Shown here: positions 35,260-48,493 of the stretch, piece by piece | Layout: each line of letters begins with the position of its first letter | How positions within the stretch are numbered: the stretch's first letter is position 1 | From: Ancylonema sp. | Lineage: Eukaryota | Direction of reading: 5' to 3' | NCBI GenBank assembly: GCA_050230475.1 | Contig: JBFLGF010000181.1 | Coordinates: 1 to 53,974 of the forward strand | DNA length: 53,974 nt | Position numbers and translations under genes: made by a program | Notes under the pieces: generated by a model | What the model was told of the DNA's origin: nothing | Seen by the model: the letters and a program-made list of their open reading frames with translations, nothing else | Databases searched by the model: none

Positions 35260-38200
35260 AGCTACGTCTCGACCCCCCTCACCAGAGTATACAACGGATT
35301 GATGGATTGAGAAGTTTCATATACTTCCAGACCAGCCTGTTCAAATAATACCTGCCTATATAAGGAATGCAGCCAGCATCACTAGGGATATTGTCAGCAA
35401 CCACCTTTGTTCTCTGGCGGCATCATCAGACATGGCCGGGAATGTAAACTAGGCCTTCATTGCTCTCTAAAGGGTAAGGAACTTTAAAACCCCAATTGGG
35501 GGTTACCCCTAATTTTAAGCTCGTTTGGAGTAGTATCGACAAAGACATCGATGTTTGAAATTTGGAGTTTGGTGTTGGGAAAAGTAGTTACGGTCCTACG
35601 GACGTTTTAGGTTGAATCTTCAGATGCGTCGAACTCAGTCGTTGGTTCATCGGATTGATGCGATTTATTTCGTGTTGTGTTTCGTTTTGAGTAGCACGTG
35701 TATGCTGTTTTTTTCATCGTTTTGTAATTTTGGGGGTTTTTGTGGCTAGTCTCCTTGAAAGGTAGGTGATACGTGTGTTGTATCATAGGTAGGTGGTACG
35801 TGTGTTGTATGCCGTCGAGTGCGGCAAGCATCTCGATTTGCGTTTTGAGGAAACATGTGTGTTATTCTCAAGGGTTGTCTAGCCGAGACATTTGAGGGTT
35901 ATGGCTTTTAAATAAATAATTCGTGTGGTGAGCATTCACTCGTGTGGTGTGATTTGCATTAAGAATGTTGTGTCTTTGATTAAGCACGACAATTGCATCT
36001 CAAAATGGCATACACACCCTCCCAACCCTGTCCTACGCCAGCCTCGGTATGGTGGCATAGAGAGGGCGGCATAAGTGAAAAGGAGGCTTGAGAAAACACA
36101 AGTATTCACATGTTTTCTTAGACATGCAATAAACACAATGGACATGGATGAAATGGCCAATTTATGGTAGTCAAGGCCCACCTGACGTGCCAGATAGGAT
36201 CGATAGGGTAAAGAGTCGTTGATGACGTAATCAGTTGATGTATGACGTCATAACGTAGTCCATCGACAAGAATTGGTGAATGTCGATATCAATGACTTTG
36301 TAAGTGTAACTGGGCATCTGCCCTAACTAAGGAGTTTGGCACGCTAGAATCGCGGCGGTGATCGTAAACGATCACCGAAACGTCGACAGGAACGGTAACT
36401 TGACTCGTTACTCTCTCGCTACGGGCAAGCAGACAATGCTATCAACACTCTGAGGATTTCAAAAGAGTGTGAAGCAATACAATAACTAAGTAAGAACACT
36501 ATAGCTATCGGTCGGCGATCAGCTGTCTATGTGTAAGTCTTAATTGCTTGTAATCTGCAGCAAAGGACTTTGAGTCTGCAAACTGAGCGTAGCTCTGACT
36601 TGCGTCGTGTAAATGAGCACAAAGGGTAAGTCGCGAAAGCGAAGTAAACAGACTGAAGCACGGTGAGGGACAGCTCGGATGTGCAAGCAACAATGACAAT
36701 AAATCACACTATGCAAGCAAGCAGATTGCAAGGCAAAGCACAGTAGACGGAGATACAGATTACACGAGAGGCAAGATAGGATGCAAGTCTCTTCAGCGTT
36801 AGATTCAGCGAAAGCTGAATTCAGAGTTCGAAGTACAAAGGTTATATTCTTCAAACTTCTACAGACGACGCTAGACGCGTGTCGATCTACAATTCAATCT
36901 CAGGAAATATGCCTCGCGCGCAAATGTCTTATTACAATATCATCGTCGGATATTCATCGACGGCTAACAATTATAACAAGTCATTACAAATTGATTGTTG
37001 ACTAGTACAAAGGGGCCACGTCGGATCGACGGATAACAAATGCTAAAAAAATATAATTCAAATATTGAACGGGGGCGCATGCTGACAACTCGAGCTCGGG
37101 AGCGGGACCGGCGAGCGGGGCGGAAGTTGTAGTGCGGCGGAACTCTTGATTTGGCGCGGCGCAGACGTGATTTAATATAGGGGAGAGATTTAGTAGATAT
37201 TAGGGGTTAAAATAACTAACGATCTCAGACGTCGTTTAGAAAATTGTATCACTCTTGTTACTTCATTTTCATGATCCACCAATGGCACGTGGTGGAAGAC
37301 CAAAATGTTTCTTGGTGCAATAGTGAGGGGCGACGGGCGCACCGTGTGAACCACAGGATGAAAACGAGGGGGCGCCCGTAACCAAAAGGAGGGTGCCCGT
37401 AGCAGCCTTATACTTTTTGGGGCTTGGGGTTGCAAGAAGCCTTCATCTAGGTGGGAGACTACGAGGAGGACAAGGACCCATCCCTAACCGATGCTCACGT
37501 GATTGAATTACAATAAAATTTCAGCAATAAGTAATCAATAATCATGTTGTGTAGTCACCAAATTGTCTGCCGGTTTTTGCCTCCCCGCCAACTAGACAAG
37601 ATAGTTTGGTCACCCATATATTGTCACCGCACATTCTTGAATTTACAGTTGTGATGCTATAACCATATAGAAGACATTTGTTTTGTGACGACTAACTTTA
37701 AAAAAAAAAGTGTATCTCTTTTGGAAAATAAGGGATCATCACATTGACATCGTGTTGCTTGTAAGCACGTTCGTGTACTCGTGCATATCGTTTTCATAAT
37801 GTCTACGATGTATCCATACCTTGTATATGTGAGACAACATACGTTCGTTAGCTTCACAAGTGCCAAACGTACGTACCGCAGTCGCAATAATTGTTCCTAG
37901 GTCCGATCCAAACAAAAGTGATTAAACCGTGTCGGCCAAAGAGCTCGAGATTTTCAAGAGTAAATGTTAAACTAAACGGTACAACAAAAAAACTTGCATT
38001 TCCGGATTATTTCAATGATCCAAGTCCCTTGATTTGGGCGATATAATTATTTTTTTGATCCAGAGTGAAATCAAAATCCACCCCGAAAGTACCGAAGACA
38101 ATTGTGCTCAACGAAACGGAAAAAAAAACATTCTTTTTACCTTTACGCCACTATTGGTGAACATGATTTTTCTATTTTTTCCATCGATTTTGACCTATGA

Positions 38201-38348
38201 TCAGATCCGATTCGGATCGGAAAGTGCTAGATCGGATCGGGATCAAGTATGCTCTACAGGGACTTGCCCTAGGCGAAAAAAATGCATTATCATACATGCA
38301 CCATCAATCACAAGAAGCAAATGGAATTACACATGTTGACATGTATTC

Positions 38349-39906
38349 TATTAGTTTTGAGGGTCTGTGAACTTTTGTCTTTATATCGATTTTAGGGCTC
38401 AAGTTTATATTTGTCGTTTTTTATTTTCTCGTTTTGCCTATCGATATGATAATGATGTTACTTTTGGCCACCTGGCAACGTGTCGATAAGAATAGATAAC
38501 GTGTCGATAAGATCAGGTGACTTGGCACAATACTTGAATACGATTGGTGTTGACTTGATCGTTCGATCAGTAGATATCTTTGACTAGGAGGGGGCATGAA
38601 TCACACTCGATTGTACTAAAAGTCTGAACTTGCATGCAGATTTTTGTAATCAGTCAATCTATCTCAAGCTAAAACTTTTGTTGTGTGTTTGTAATGTTGA
38701 GACTGTCAACATCAAGTGTGTAATGTCTGTTACTTCTTGCATCGATGGCAGAAGGTAGCAGCAACTGTGGTATCAAAGCAAGGTACCGCATTTTAGATGG
38801 AGGTAGAGTTCCTTTTCAAGCATGACGATTTGAGGCATCTGCAACTCTTGACGATGCAGACTGTCTTGAGATCTGCAAGGGATTAGAGAAAAATTCAGAT
38901 GAGGTTTATTTTGCATATGATGAAGAGCACCGAATCATGTATCAAGATGAGATGGATTAGTACACACAAGATTTCAAAAAAAAATTCGCAAGCGATCAAA
39001 GAAAGCCGTGATGCTGTTGATGGGACTTGAGAGTGAAGATATAGCTTCAGTTCTTGAGCACTATGAGAGAAAACCTGCGGAAATGTGGAAGTATCTTAAA
39101 ATAATTTGACAAAGTGACTCCGGAGCTGAAGCAGCTTGCTAAATAGCGACTGAATTCCTACAAAGTAAATGAAAAGTTGTCAGTTCGAGATATCAAAAAT
39201 GACTTTTTGTCGATTATCGGAGCATGCGAAACATCAGTAGTACGATGTTAATGAGGAGGATCAATTGATGACGTTGTTCGCGGGGATGTCGAGGACAAAG
39301 TATGGGATGTTTAAAAAATGTACATTGGCGAAGCAAAGGCTCCCGGAATCAGCTGGGTTTGGGCACATATGGGTGTCGATGAGATTGATGACCAAAAAGA
39401 GCAAGGTGAATGGGATTCTGACATAAAAATGATGCGCTAGTTGCTGAAGCAAATCATGCAAAGTGGGATGCGCGTTAGGAATTTTCAAATCGAGGGAGAG
39501 GTGGTGGTGGCGATGGTAGAGGTGACAGAGGTACAACCAGAAGTGATTATGGTGGATATCGAGGGGGCAGGAGCGATCGAGGTGGTGGGAGAGGGACGAG
39601 TGGTGGTCATGTTTGTTACACTTGCGGAAGGACAGGTTACTTTAGTGGAGACTGTCCGAGGAAATATGAAAGCTGTGACTATTGTGGCGCGACAAGGCAT
39701 ATTGAATTTACCGGTTTCGAAAAAAAGAACATGGCTCCTCGAGTGCAGCGAAAAGGCCAACAAGCTGGAATAAAATTTGCACATGTGAGCGACATCGATG
39801 AGGGTGGGGAACAGGGTCATGGAGAGATGGTGGTTGGTGAATTTGTGAGGGACTCATCGGTGGAGGTGATGAGGAACGAGGCTTTCTCTCGGATGATGGA
39901 TCTAGT
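38349..39906 (+). mobile_element. Degenerate copia family A: 5' LTR 38349-38766, PBS (tRNA-iMet) 38768-38779, gag remnant
   Basis: PBS tggtatcaaagc; knuckles CYTCGRTGYFSGDC and CDYCGATRH. Colinear with 48494-49900 and with the solo LTR at 2449-4339. Confidence 0.88.
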
Positions 39907-42274
39907 CACCATTCCAGGGGATAGAGAGCGCACTTCAAAACTCTGGACAACAAATCGTGATGCACCATCTTGTTGGCAGCGTGTGTGATAAGCAGTGGGG
40001 AACTATTGAGTTGGCTAAGTTGGAGCCAAGAGATACGTTCGAAGAGGGGCTCATTCACGTCTAAGTACTTGGCTTGTTCTAATACAACAGGGATATATTT
40101 GCGTTGAATGGTATCCCCAATTTCATCCAAAAGTTTGCTGCGGACGAGTGCTTGGTAGGGTGTGTCCCCGGGTTCTTGCAGTTCACCCAGGTATTCGACG
40201 GTAAGCTCATGGGGATGCATAACACGGGTGGAGCCAGGTGTAAGAGGACAGTCGTCTTGATAAGCACCTGATGGTGGTTCGAGTGGTGGTGGTACAGGCA
40301 TGGGTGCCTCCTCTGGTTGAAAACCGAATTGGATGGATCGGCGTGGGCTGACTTTGGCGGATGCACATCTCTGGCAACTTGGTCTTCCGTGGCCTTTTTC
40401 TCCTTCTGTTGAAAAGTTGCAGCACGATCCTTACGTGTGAGGGTCAGAGATGGTGAAGTAGTGTCCGTCATGTATACTTCTACTCTATTTGACTGATGAC
40501 GCACTGTAAGTGGTCAAGAAGCTAAGCAAAGTCCTCCCCTTTCCCAATTTGCACTATAAAAGAACAGATGGTGCGAGTAGTATGAGAAGTCACCAATGGG
40601 ACCAAGGATTTCATTGCCTAGTAAGACATCTAATTCCTTGGATGGTGATGTGTAAAGTTTCATGTAAATGGTGGTTGGATTGGGTATTTCTCTTTGGTAT
40701 AGCCAAGACTAAGTTCCTGAGCACTAGATGCAATAATGTATGGTGTTCCAAGTTTCAGCATGCGAGGTGTAATGCCAAGTTTGGCTGCCATGAGTCTATC
40801 TATCATTGTTTTGATAGCACCACTGTCCAATGCCATTTTGTGTGGTTTCTCATTCATAATGGTTAACACCCCACGGTTGTTGCGAAGGAGTGCAATACCA
40901 TATTTGGTGTCCTGAGAGTTGCGTTTGGTGCGTTCCTCTAGCAAAGTTTCAGGGTGAGGCTTCGGGTATGGAGTGTTTCAAGTGCTTAGTTCATGATCAG
41001 GTAGGCAATGTAAAAGTAAAGGATCAGGCAAGGGTGGTACTTGCGTGTCACCCTCAGATGCATCAACTGGTGGAGTGTGATAATTTGTGGTAGACTCAAA
41101 TCGTGAGAGTGCATCCGAACTCAAAGTAACCACTGGATCATAGATTTGAGTTTGTTTATGGATTGCAGTTTGTTTCTTCTTCTCTTTGGCTGCCACACGT
41201 GGGGAACGTCTGGTAGACATTAAGTATTGACACGGGATGGTATGGTCAATTACCTCAGAGTCAATGCGCCTAGTGGTTTAGGAGCAGTGTACGGAGTAGA
41301 AGGAGTGTAGGTAGGTAGTTTGGGAGATCTGGTAATCCCAGCTACGCGGTACTTTGCATCTTGTTTCATACGTAGTAATTCAGCCTTGTTGGCTTTCTCC
41401 ATAATTTCTTTTTTGATAATAGGAGGATTTGGTGGAGTTTTGTAGTACCTAGCCTCTGACTCACGAAAGTGCCAGTCATCGATGTAAGGTTGTAACGGTA
41501 GTGGAATGTGTGGTAGAAACCTCCTAGCCAACTGTTCTTATGTCATTGTTCTTGCCTCTTGAACAATTGTGGTTGGTTCATTAACGCGTGCAAAGGTTGT
41601 TGCCACATTGTCGTTGTGTCGAGCTATAAAATTCACAATCTGTGTGACAGATTTTGCAATTGATGTTCGAAAACGATTTTTGATGACTGTAATGAACTGT
41701 TCCATTTCGGTTGGTTCTGCCATCGATGTCATGGGTTTGGTTGGTAGAGGTTGTCCGTCCAGTCTACCCTAAAGACGGTAATATGCTACGTTTGCATTGC
41801 GTTCGCGAAACAAATCTCTAACATCTTCCGTAGTAGTGGGACCACGATTGTCTCGAACAAACTGTTGCCACTCTCGGTGGGCTTCTACTTTCATATAGTG
41901 ACCGGCTCCAAGAACTAAGTCCCACTATACGTACCCCATACGCTGTATGCATTGTTGAGTTCGGTCTAATTGTCGTACAGTGTCGATAAACTCGTCTTGT
42001 TTGACACCATTTTCACCAGTATATGTTGGTAACAGCACTGGGTTGACCATGATAGAGTCAGTCCCACCTTTTATCTTTGGGTCGATAAATTGATGTGGGT
42101 GCAACGCTTGGTGGCGCTTCTCGGTTCACAGTTGTCGATGGGTCTGCCACGGGTGTTGTGGGATCACGATGTGATCCTCCTTGTCAATAAGCAGCACAGG
42201 TTTGAGGTTAATGGAGCCGGTAGGTAGGCGTTCCAAACTTTGTTTTGGTTCCGAAGAAGTTCAGGTCAATTTGT

Positions 42275-42305
<31 letters not shown>

Positions 42306-42507
42306 CCCGTTTTGCTTGGGTTACAGAATTAGTATCGAGAAGATTGGTAGGTAGATGGAAAGTAGAGATATCGACAGCCGGTGCAACTCTAGTGTCAATA
42401 TCATAAGGAAGTGGTCCGCTATCGACAGCTCATGCAACTAATGAGTCGATAGTTACAATATCTATGTCAGGTGATTTTGGAAGGTTATAATTGTCGAAAG
42501 TGCACCT
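39907..42507 (-). mobile_element. Degenerate Ty3/gypsy-like gag and aspartic protease fragment
   Basis: Gag-like LPTYTGENG..DEFI from ~42051; protease KMALDSGAIKTMIDRLMAAKLGI (~40840-40770). Multiple stops; boundaries approximate. Confidence 0.65.
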
Positions 42508-44315
42508 TGTAATATATCGCCACAGGGCAATATAAATAACGTTATTAGCGAATAACAAACACATACGACTCGAACGTAATCGACACGTTGTGTCCGTAGT
42601 CTGCACCAGCTAGAGCTTGTTCAATCAATGAATGAGTGAGTTCTCTACAGGCTGCGGCGTGTATGTTTGAAGGCGGAGCTCACGATCGAATCGTGCACAA
42701 GCTCATGTTCACCTGAGGGTGAATCGCACCTCAGCTGACAGCGGTTCGCCCAGGCCACAAGAGCTCTACGAGCTGTGTCGATGCGGGATGGAATTCCGTA
42801 AACGACGTTTGACTTGCGTCATGTACGGCTGAATCCGTACGAACGGACGGGGCGGGGACTTTGACCCGTCAAAGGACCCGTCGAAATAATCGACACTTAC
42901 CAACTCCACGCGGGGGCGGTAATATCTAATATGAAACAAGTATTAATTGGCGCAACATTGCGCCAAGTATTAATAATACTTGGTCAGGGCGCGGCCCGAG
43001 GCCAGTGTCCCTCTCTATAAGCAACTCTGCTTATAGACACAATCGATAATTAACTTAATTGTCGACAAAACAAGAGTAATGCACAAGTGCACACGTAACT
43101 CCGTTACACTCGCCCCCCCTTAAGCGGCAATGTCCGCATTGACCACAAAAGAGTAAGTAGGACTTAAACCGTTTCCGCAGTCTAGACTTGACTTATACGT
43201 CGGAAAACGTTGCTTCAACTGTGCGCGTAACACTCTTCGCACTGTTGTCCTTAGCTTTTGACATGCCTTTTTGTCTCGCCAGGAATTTAGTTACCATCAG
43301 TGGCGCTGATTTCTCGATAACTATCGCTGGTTCCCAAGTGTTATGTTCAAGTCCATAATCCAACCATTTGACCAGAAATTCACGTCGTGTGCCACGGCCG
43401 ACTTTTAGAACTTGGAAATCGAGGAGTTTTTCGATTTCATATTCTATGTTAGCATCCACGGGAACCACCGGGGGAATCGGCGATTTACCCGCTACAAAAC
43501 GCCGCATCAAACTCACATGAAACACATTGTGAATTTTCAGATGCACGGGCAACTCCAATCGGTAGGCAACCTCACCGATTCTGGCCAACACCTTAAACGG
43601 ACCAATGAACTTAGTCCAGAGTTTACTGGGCCCGGGTGTTGATAGAGTGCGGGTGTTGATAGAGTGATCCTCCTAGTAGACAACAGAAAATGGTTCCACC
43701 AATTTTCTACGGTTGTCAGCATTCATTTTATGCCTTGCTTGAGCCTTTGATAACTCTTCCGAGCTTTCTTTAAGAGTCTGTCAATCTTGGCACGAAAACG
43801 TTCAGCGGCAGGGTCCCAATCTCTGTGGCTGCCCCGTTTGCAGACGAGCACTTGCCCGAAGGGTTAACGGTGTCTTTGGGTGCTGACCGCCATTCATCTC
43901 GAATGGAGTACACTGGATGGTTTCTTGCCAAGCATTGTTTATCGAGAACTCCGCCAATGGCAACCAATCCTCCCAATCGGACATGTCGACATCTATGAAG
44001 CAACGAAGATATTGCTCCAAAGTTCGATTGGTCCTCTCGGTGTGCCCGTCGTCTGAGGATGAAAAGAAGTACTCATCTTCAAATCGACACCCAATCCAGC
44101 AAATAGTGTTTGCGTGAACGCGGCCCGAAATTTAGGATCTCGATCACAAATAATTTCGTCGGGAAGGCCATGGAGCTTACAACTCCATCGATGAAATAAC
44201 GGGCAAAATCCTTTGCCGTCATCGATTCCTCTCAACCGCGATAAAATGAAATGAACCATCTTCGAAAACCTATCGACAAACACAAGAATCGAATTCTTGT
44301 CTTGCTGCGTGCGTT
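42508..44315 (-). mobile_element. Chromovirus (Ty3/gypsy) 3' part: integrase, chromodomain, PPT and 3' LTR (42508-43108)
   Basis: IN VDRFSKMVHF, DRDPKF, EQYLRCF..WLPLAEF; GEVAYRLELP..IHNVFHVS; chromodomain YEIEKLL..FLVKWLDYGLEHNTWEP; PPT aagggggggcgag abuts the LTR TG...CA. Confidence 0.92.
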
Positions 44316-44334
44316 TCGTTTCCAGTCAGAGTTA

Positions 44335-47080
44335 GGCAGGTTGAGCTTCTCCTTTTACGGGGGTGACCCGCTCGTATTGGCCCTGCATCACCTCCCATGC
44401 CAGACTCGAGAGAGATAGACAAATTTCGATGTCATCCATGCCGGATCTCTGGTGGACACTATTGGAGTGCTCAACTTGTTGCTGTGCTGTGGGCCTCTGC
44501 TTCATCGGTAAGTTCCTTTTGGACAAATAAACGTCATGCTTGGAAACATGTGTAACTTTGCTTGCTACTTGTCAGTGGCTTCTTGCTTGGCGACATTAAA
44601 TTGGTGGTAGATCATCCGGTTTTTCATCCATCCCATTTTCGACATTGTGAGATTCACCATTCGTCTCGTATCCTGCCATGTTGCAGCTCCCCCACCTCCC
44701 GCCTCATCACGCCCACGACCGAATGGTACAAACGTGCGCCATCGCTCACCGTCTTCTTGTCTCAAAGCATGCCCTTCTTGCCCCTCCCCCTGCTCCCCAC
44801 CTTCACGGGGATGTACATCGCCTGGGACTTGACATTCGACACCCAATCGCCCGCAGTCTACAAGGGAATCAAAGCAATAGAGAAGGGCACCCCTCTCAGG
44901 CAGGAGAGGGTTCTGACGTGGTGGCCTGTCAGTGGCGGGACAGCGCCAGCAGGGAGCCAATCCCCGTCCAGTACCCCCCCCCAGGAATGCAGAGACCACT
45001 CCAGTTGTACGGATTCTTGTCAGACTCCAACTCCTCTCACACTCGTCGTTCGGACGGAGGAGTCAGGGAAGAGGAAGGGTGGGAGGCGGAGGAATGGGAA
45101 TCTGGACCTGCCCCCTCGTGGAGTCTGGGGGGTGCTGCGCGACGCGTTTCGGCACTGTTGCAGCCGCGGGTGGGACCCACTCTCGGGCTACAATCAGGAC
45201 TCGCCGCTGACGTGGTGCCTCCTGGTGTGCCACGTCAGCGCACAGCTGGCGCCGGAGAGCCTCCGCACGCTGAGGTGGCAGGATCTGAATGACGAGCAGC
45301 CGGAAGGAGAAGACAGGTGTCGTTGGTGGCTGGGGCTGAGAGCCATGATCTAGTACGTGCTCGCCACCCACCTCTCCCTCCACCTCCCCAACCTGGACCT
45401 CCTATTTACATGCCAGGGTGGGGGGCGGGAGGGAGTGGTGAGGTACACCCACTCCCTGTCACCCACCCTGACCGAAGCCAGCCACAGGTCCAGGTCTGCG
45501 AGGATGAGAGTCGTCCTGGTGGTGCACCCGGAGGACACACCTGCCGTCTCCTCATCTCTCACTTTAGGCTCTTCGGCTTGTGTGCCTCCGGGGCACGACG
45601 TGCACTTCATCGACAACATCCGCTTGCTCTACGAGGAAGGGGTGGTTATGTTCTGCCTTCCCAAGAGGCACAACCTTCCCTTGAATCAAGTTTTTGTGCA
45701 CCTGTGGTCTACGGAGGAAACCGCCCCGCCGCTTGCACTTGGTCTCCTGTCCGTATTTGAAGAGACTCTTCACCCTTCCTTACCTACAGCCAACAGCTAC
45801 AATGTTGGATATAGAACCGGAAGCCAAGTGTCGAGTGCACAAACTGTCGTGGGACCCGCAGGTGTAGGGGGAGAGATGAGGCATTTGGTTTTGTGCGAGT
45901 TTGAGGAGCATTATGAAGCGACTGTAGAGGCGCCGCTAGATAAAGAAGAATTGGTGGAGGTGAAGTGGCCTAATGGGTCGAGTGGAAGTGCTAATTGGCA
46001 CGTGGACCTCGAGCTGGGACGGTAAGGGTTGAACAACAATGGAGGGAGGGTAGGTTGGGAGGGTAGGGGAGGGTAGTTGGATATCAGCCCGTATGTCTTG
46101 TTATGGACCAGGGTGAACGATTGAGTAGTGCTGTCCTGTTATACCTCACGGATACAGGATTTCTTTTTTCGAATGCAATCGTCTTACCGATGTAGAGAAG
46201 AATGTCCCACCTCTTCGACCGGCGAAGAAAAAATTGAAATTGGAAAGGATAACAAGAGGAAAGAAATATCTCATGGGGAGGCCGTACGTGAGACACTGTC
46301 TGACATAGAATGAGGATAATGCCAAGCCCACAAAGGTTGCAGTTTCTCCCCAACTCCGACTATCAGACTCTAGTACCTCACCCCCTCCCACATTTGTCCA
46401 CGTGGGAGGACTGTGACCCCCCTCTCCTTCTCCCACCCTGTCCGCTACGACAACGACTTCATCACTGCTGCAGCCGGCTCCGGATATATCCTGTGCACAA
46501 TCCAAAAGGCGACGAGCTGGCCTTTGACTGGAGCATAAAGATCGTTGCGCACCATAGAGATCGGAAAACTCGCGAAATGGGATCCACATCCTGTGGGCAT
46601 GGACGTCCTGTCCCTGGCCACATCGTACCAGTTCTCAGTGCAGGAGTTGCTGATGTTGAGTGGCCATGCACCTGTGATGAAGCTGGAGGAAACGCAGGGG
46701 TGTCGTTCTTTTCACCTTCGGTTGGCGGTGAAGACTCTGTTCGAGGACCACTACACGAAATCGGTGGGAGAGTCTATTTGGGGTCCGCATACTTGCAAGG
46801 GCAAGACGCGGGATGAGGCTCTCAGACTCTTCATCCAAGGGAATCCTGAGGGGCTCAGGAGAGACGAGGCGGGAAGACCCGTGATGGAACTTGTGTTTGA
46901 GACAAGGAGCCATGGGGACTTCAGGATGCGGGGTATACTTGCGCCCTCTATGAAGTATTACACAACGTTTACTCTCTTGTTGCACCATCTCTTGACACGC
47001 AACGCTGGCCTCATGGAGCCGTCTGCGTGGCAAAAGGAGAAAGTGAGAGGCCATCCCGACTTCAAGCAACCACCGTGGTA
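44335..47080 (+). pseudogene. Decayed host gene resembling the C-terminal half of DUF4470/MYND-finger family proteins
   Basis: FSFYGGDPL..FDVIHAGSLVDTIGVLNLLLCCGPLLHR, phase-compatible intron 44508-44686, then SPTSRLITPTTEW..LPLPLLPTFTGM; later LSFSHPVRY..SGYI. ORFs at 44562, 45357, 46128 and 46545 share one frame, broken by stops. Family call is from motif memory only. Confidence 0.55.
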
Positions 47081-47450
47081 TGTGGTATATCACTGGGTAC
47101 GGGAATGCCACAGCACGGGGAGACTAAATTATGTGTACCTTGCAGGCGCAAATCAACCAGCAGATATGCTAACCAAAGACCAAAGCTCTTCCTCAAGTTT
47201 TACTGGACAGACACAGCAAACGTCTAGGTTTTGGACGGTTATACTCAACTGGGGGTGTCAGTCCTTTCTTTTATTTTTATTATCAGAGGTTTCGAATGCC
47301 ATGCATGTTGGCATGTTGTTATGTTTCTTTCATGCATAAGTAATGGGGAGGGTACAACAACCTTCAGCTCATCCAGCTAAGTCACACTCTTACCTTAATA
47401 CCTTGTAAATAAAGAACACTTGAAAACACTTAAGGACACTACACCACTTT
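47081..47450 (+). mobile_element. Copia RNase H C-terminus, PPT and start of a 3' LTR
   Basis: VVYHWVREC..GRLNYVYLAGANQPADMLTK, then aactggggg followed by tgtcag at 47256. LTR end not determined. Confidence 0.75.
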
Positions 47451-48493
47451 AGGATCAGAAAGTGCGGATCTGCTCAAGTTTAATGTTGTCAGTTTGTTCT
47501 GAATTTTATAATGTATGTTCTAATCATTGTTGCAAAACTTGTGTCAAAAGTTGGTGCTGATAGGACTGGTAATTTTGAAGTTATGCTGTTTTGACTGTTT
47601 TGAAATTTTTCTGACTGGAAAGTGTAAAATTTTGAGAATTATAAAGTTGAAAAAGTTAAAAATTCAAAAATATTTTTCAAAAATATTTTCTTAAGTTTTT
47701 TTGTTTTTCGCCTAATGTGGTATTTGTTTGTATGTTCAGGGTTTCGGCCTGAAGAAAAACGACTAAGGATCTGGAGCTTTCGACTTCATGGAGTTCCGAT
47801 CGGCTTCCGAACAGCTGCATTTGTAGATAGGGCCCGAGCACGCTTGTATGCTAGGGAAGACCAAACTGCTTTAGAGGCTATGCAATGGTTCTGCCATGAT
47901 TTAGCCGTAACTAGGGGAGTCCCTTGGATGTCTACATCAATGCCAACTTTAGCATGGCATCCGAGGGGGTGTGTTGGAATATATTGGATAGCTGTGGGGC
48001 CGATGTCGTTCAAGGTTTGCCGGTCGATGAGAGCACGTTATTTGAAAAGATGCACATAAGTTATGCGCAACCGCCGACTAATGAGCTTCTGTACCTCTCT
48101 TTGTCTCAAGACGAGGGTTGGCCTTCTCAGAAATTGAAACGAAACATAACGTCAACAAGAAAGAGGAACCAGAGTGACCTTGGAGGTCTATTGGAAACTT
48201 AGGGCTGCTCATGGATTGAAAATTGGTGCCTCAATTGCGTTTGTAAGTGTGTATTTTGAGTGGTTCAAGTGTTAAAACTCCACTCAAAGTATCACACTTA
48301 AGTTTGCAAAAGCACGATACATGTTTGTTACATCACGCTCCCGGGCCCCTCTCTATTGTATTATGGGAAATCTTGGCTTACATTTGATCCACGGGATAGC
48401 TAGGAGTAGGCAAGCATAACTCAGATATTTCGTGGCACAACTATAATAGGCGCGTGCGCATGCTGTCATAGTAACTATCTACACATAAATCGG

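Noticed and set aside
36180..37010. Possible LTR distantly related to family C
   Set aside because: Similar composition and short motifs only; no defined ends, TSD, PBS or PPT.
47715..48202. Overlapping short ORFs downstream of the copia LTR start
   Set aside because: No recognisable motif or consistent frame; probably decayed repeat sequence.
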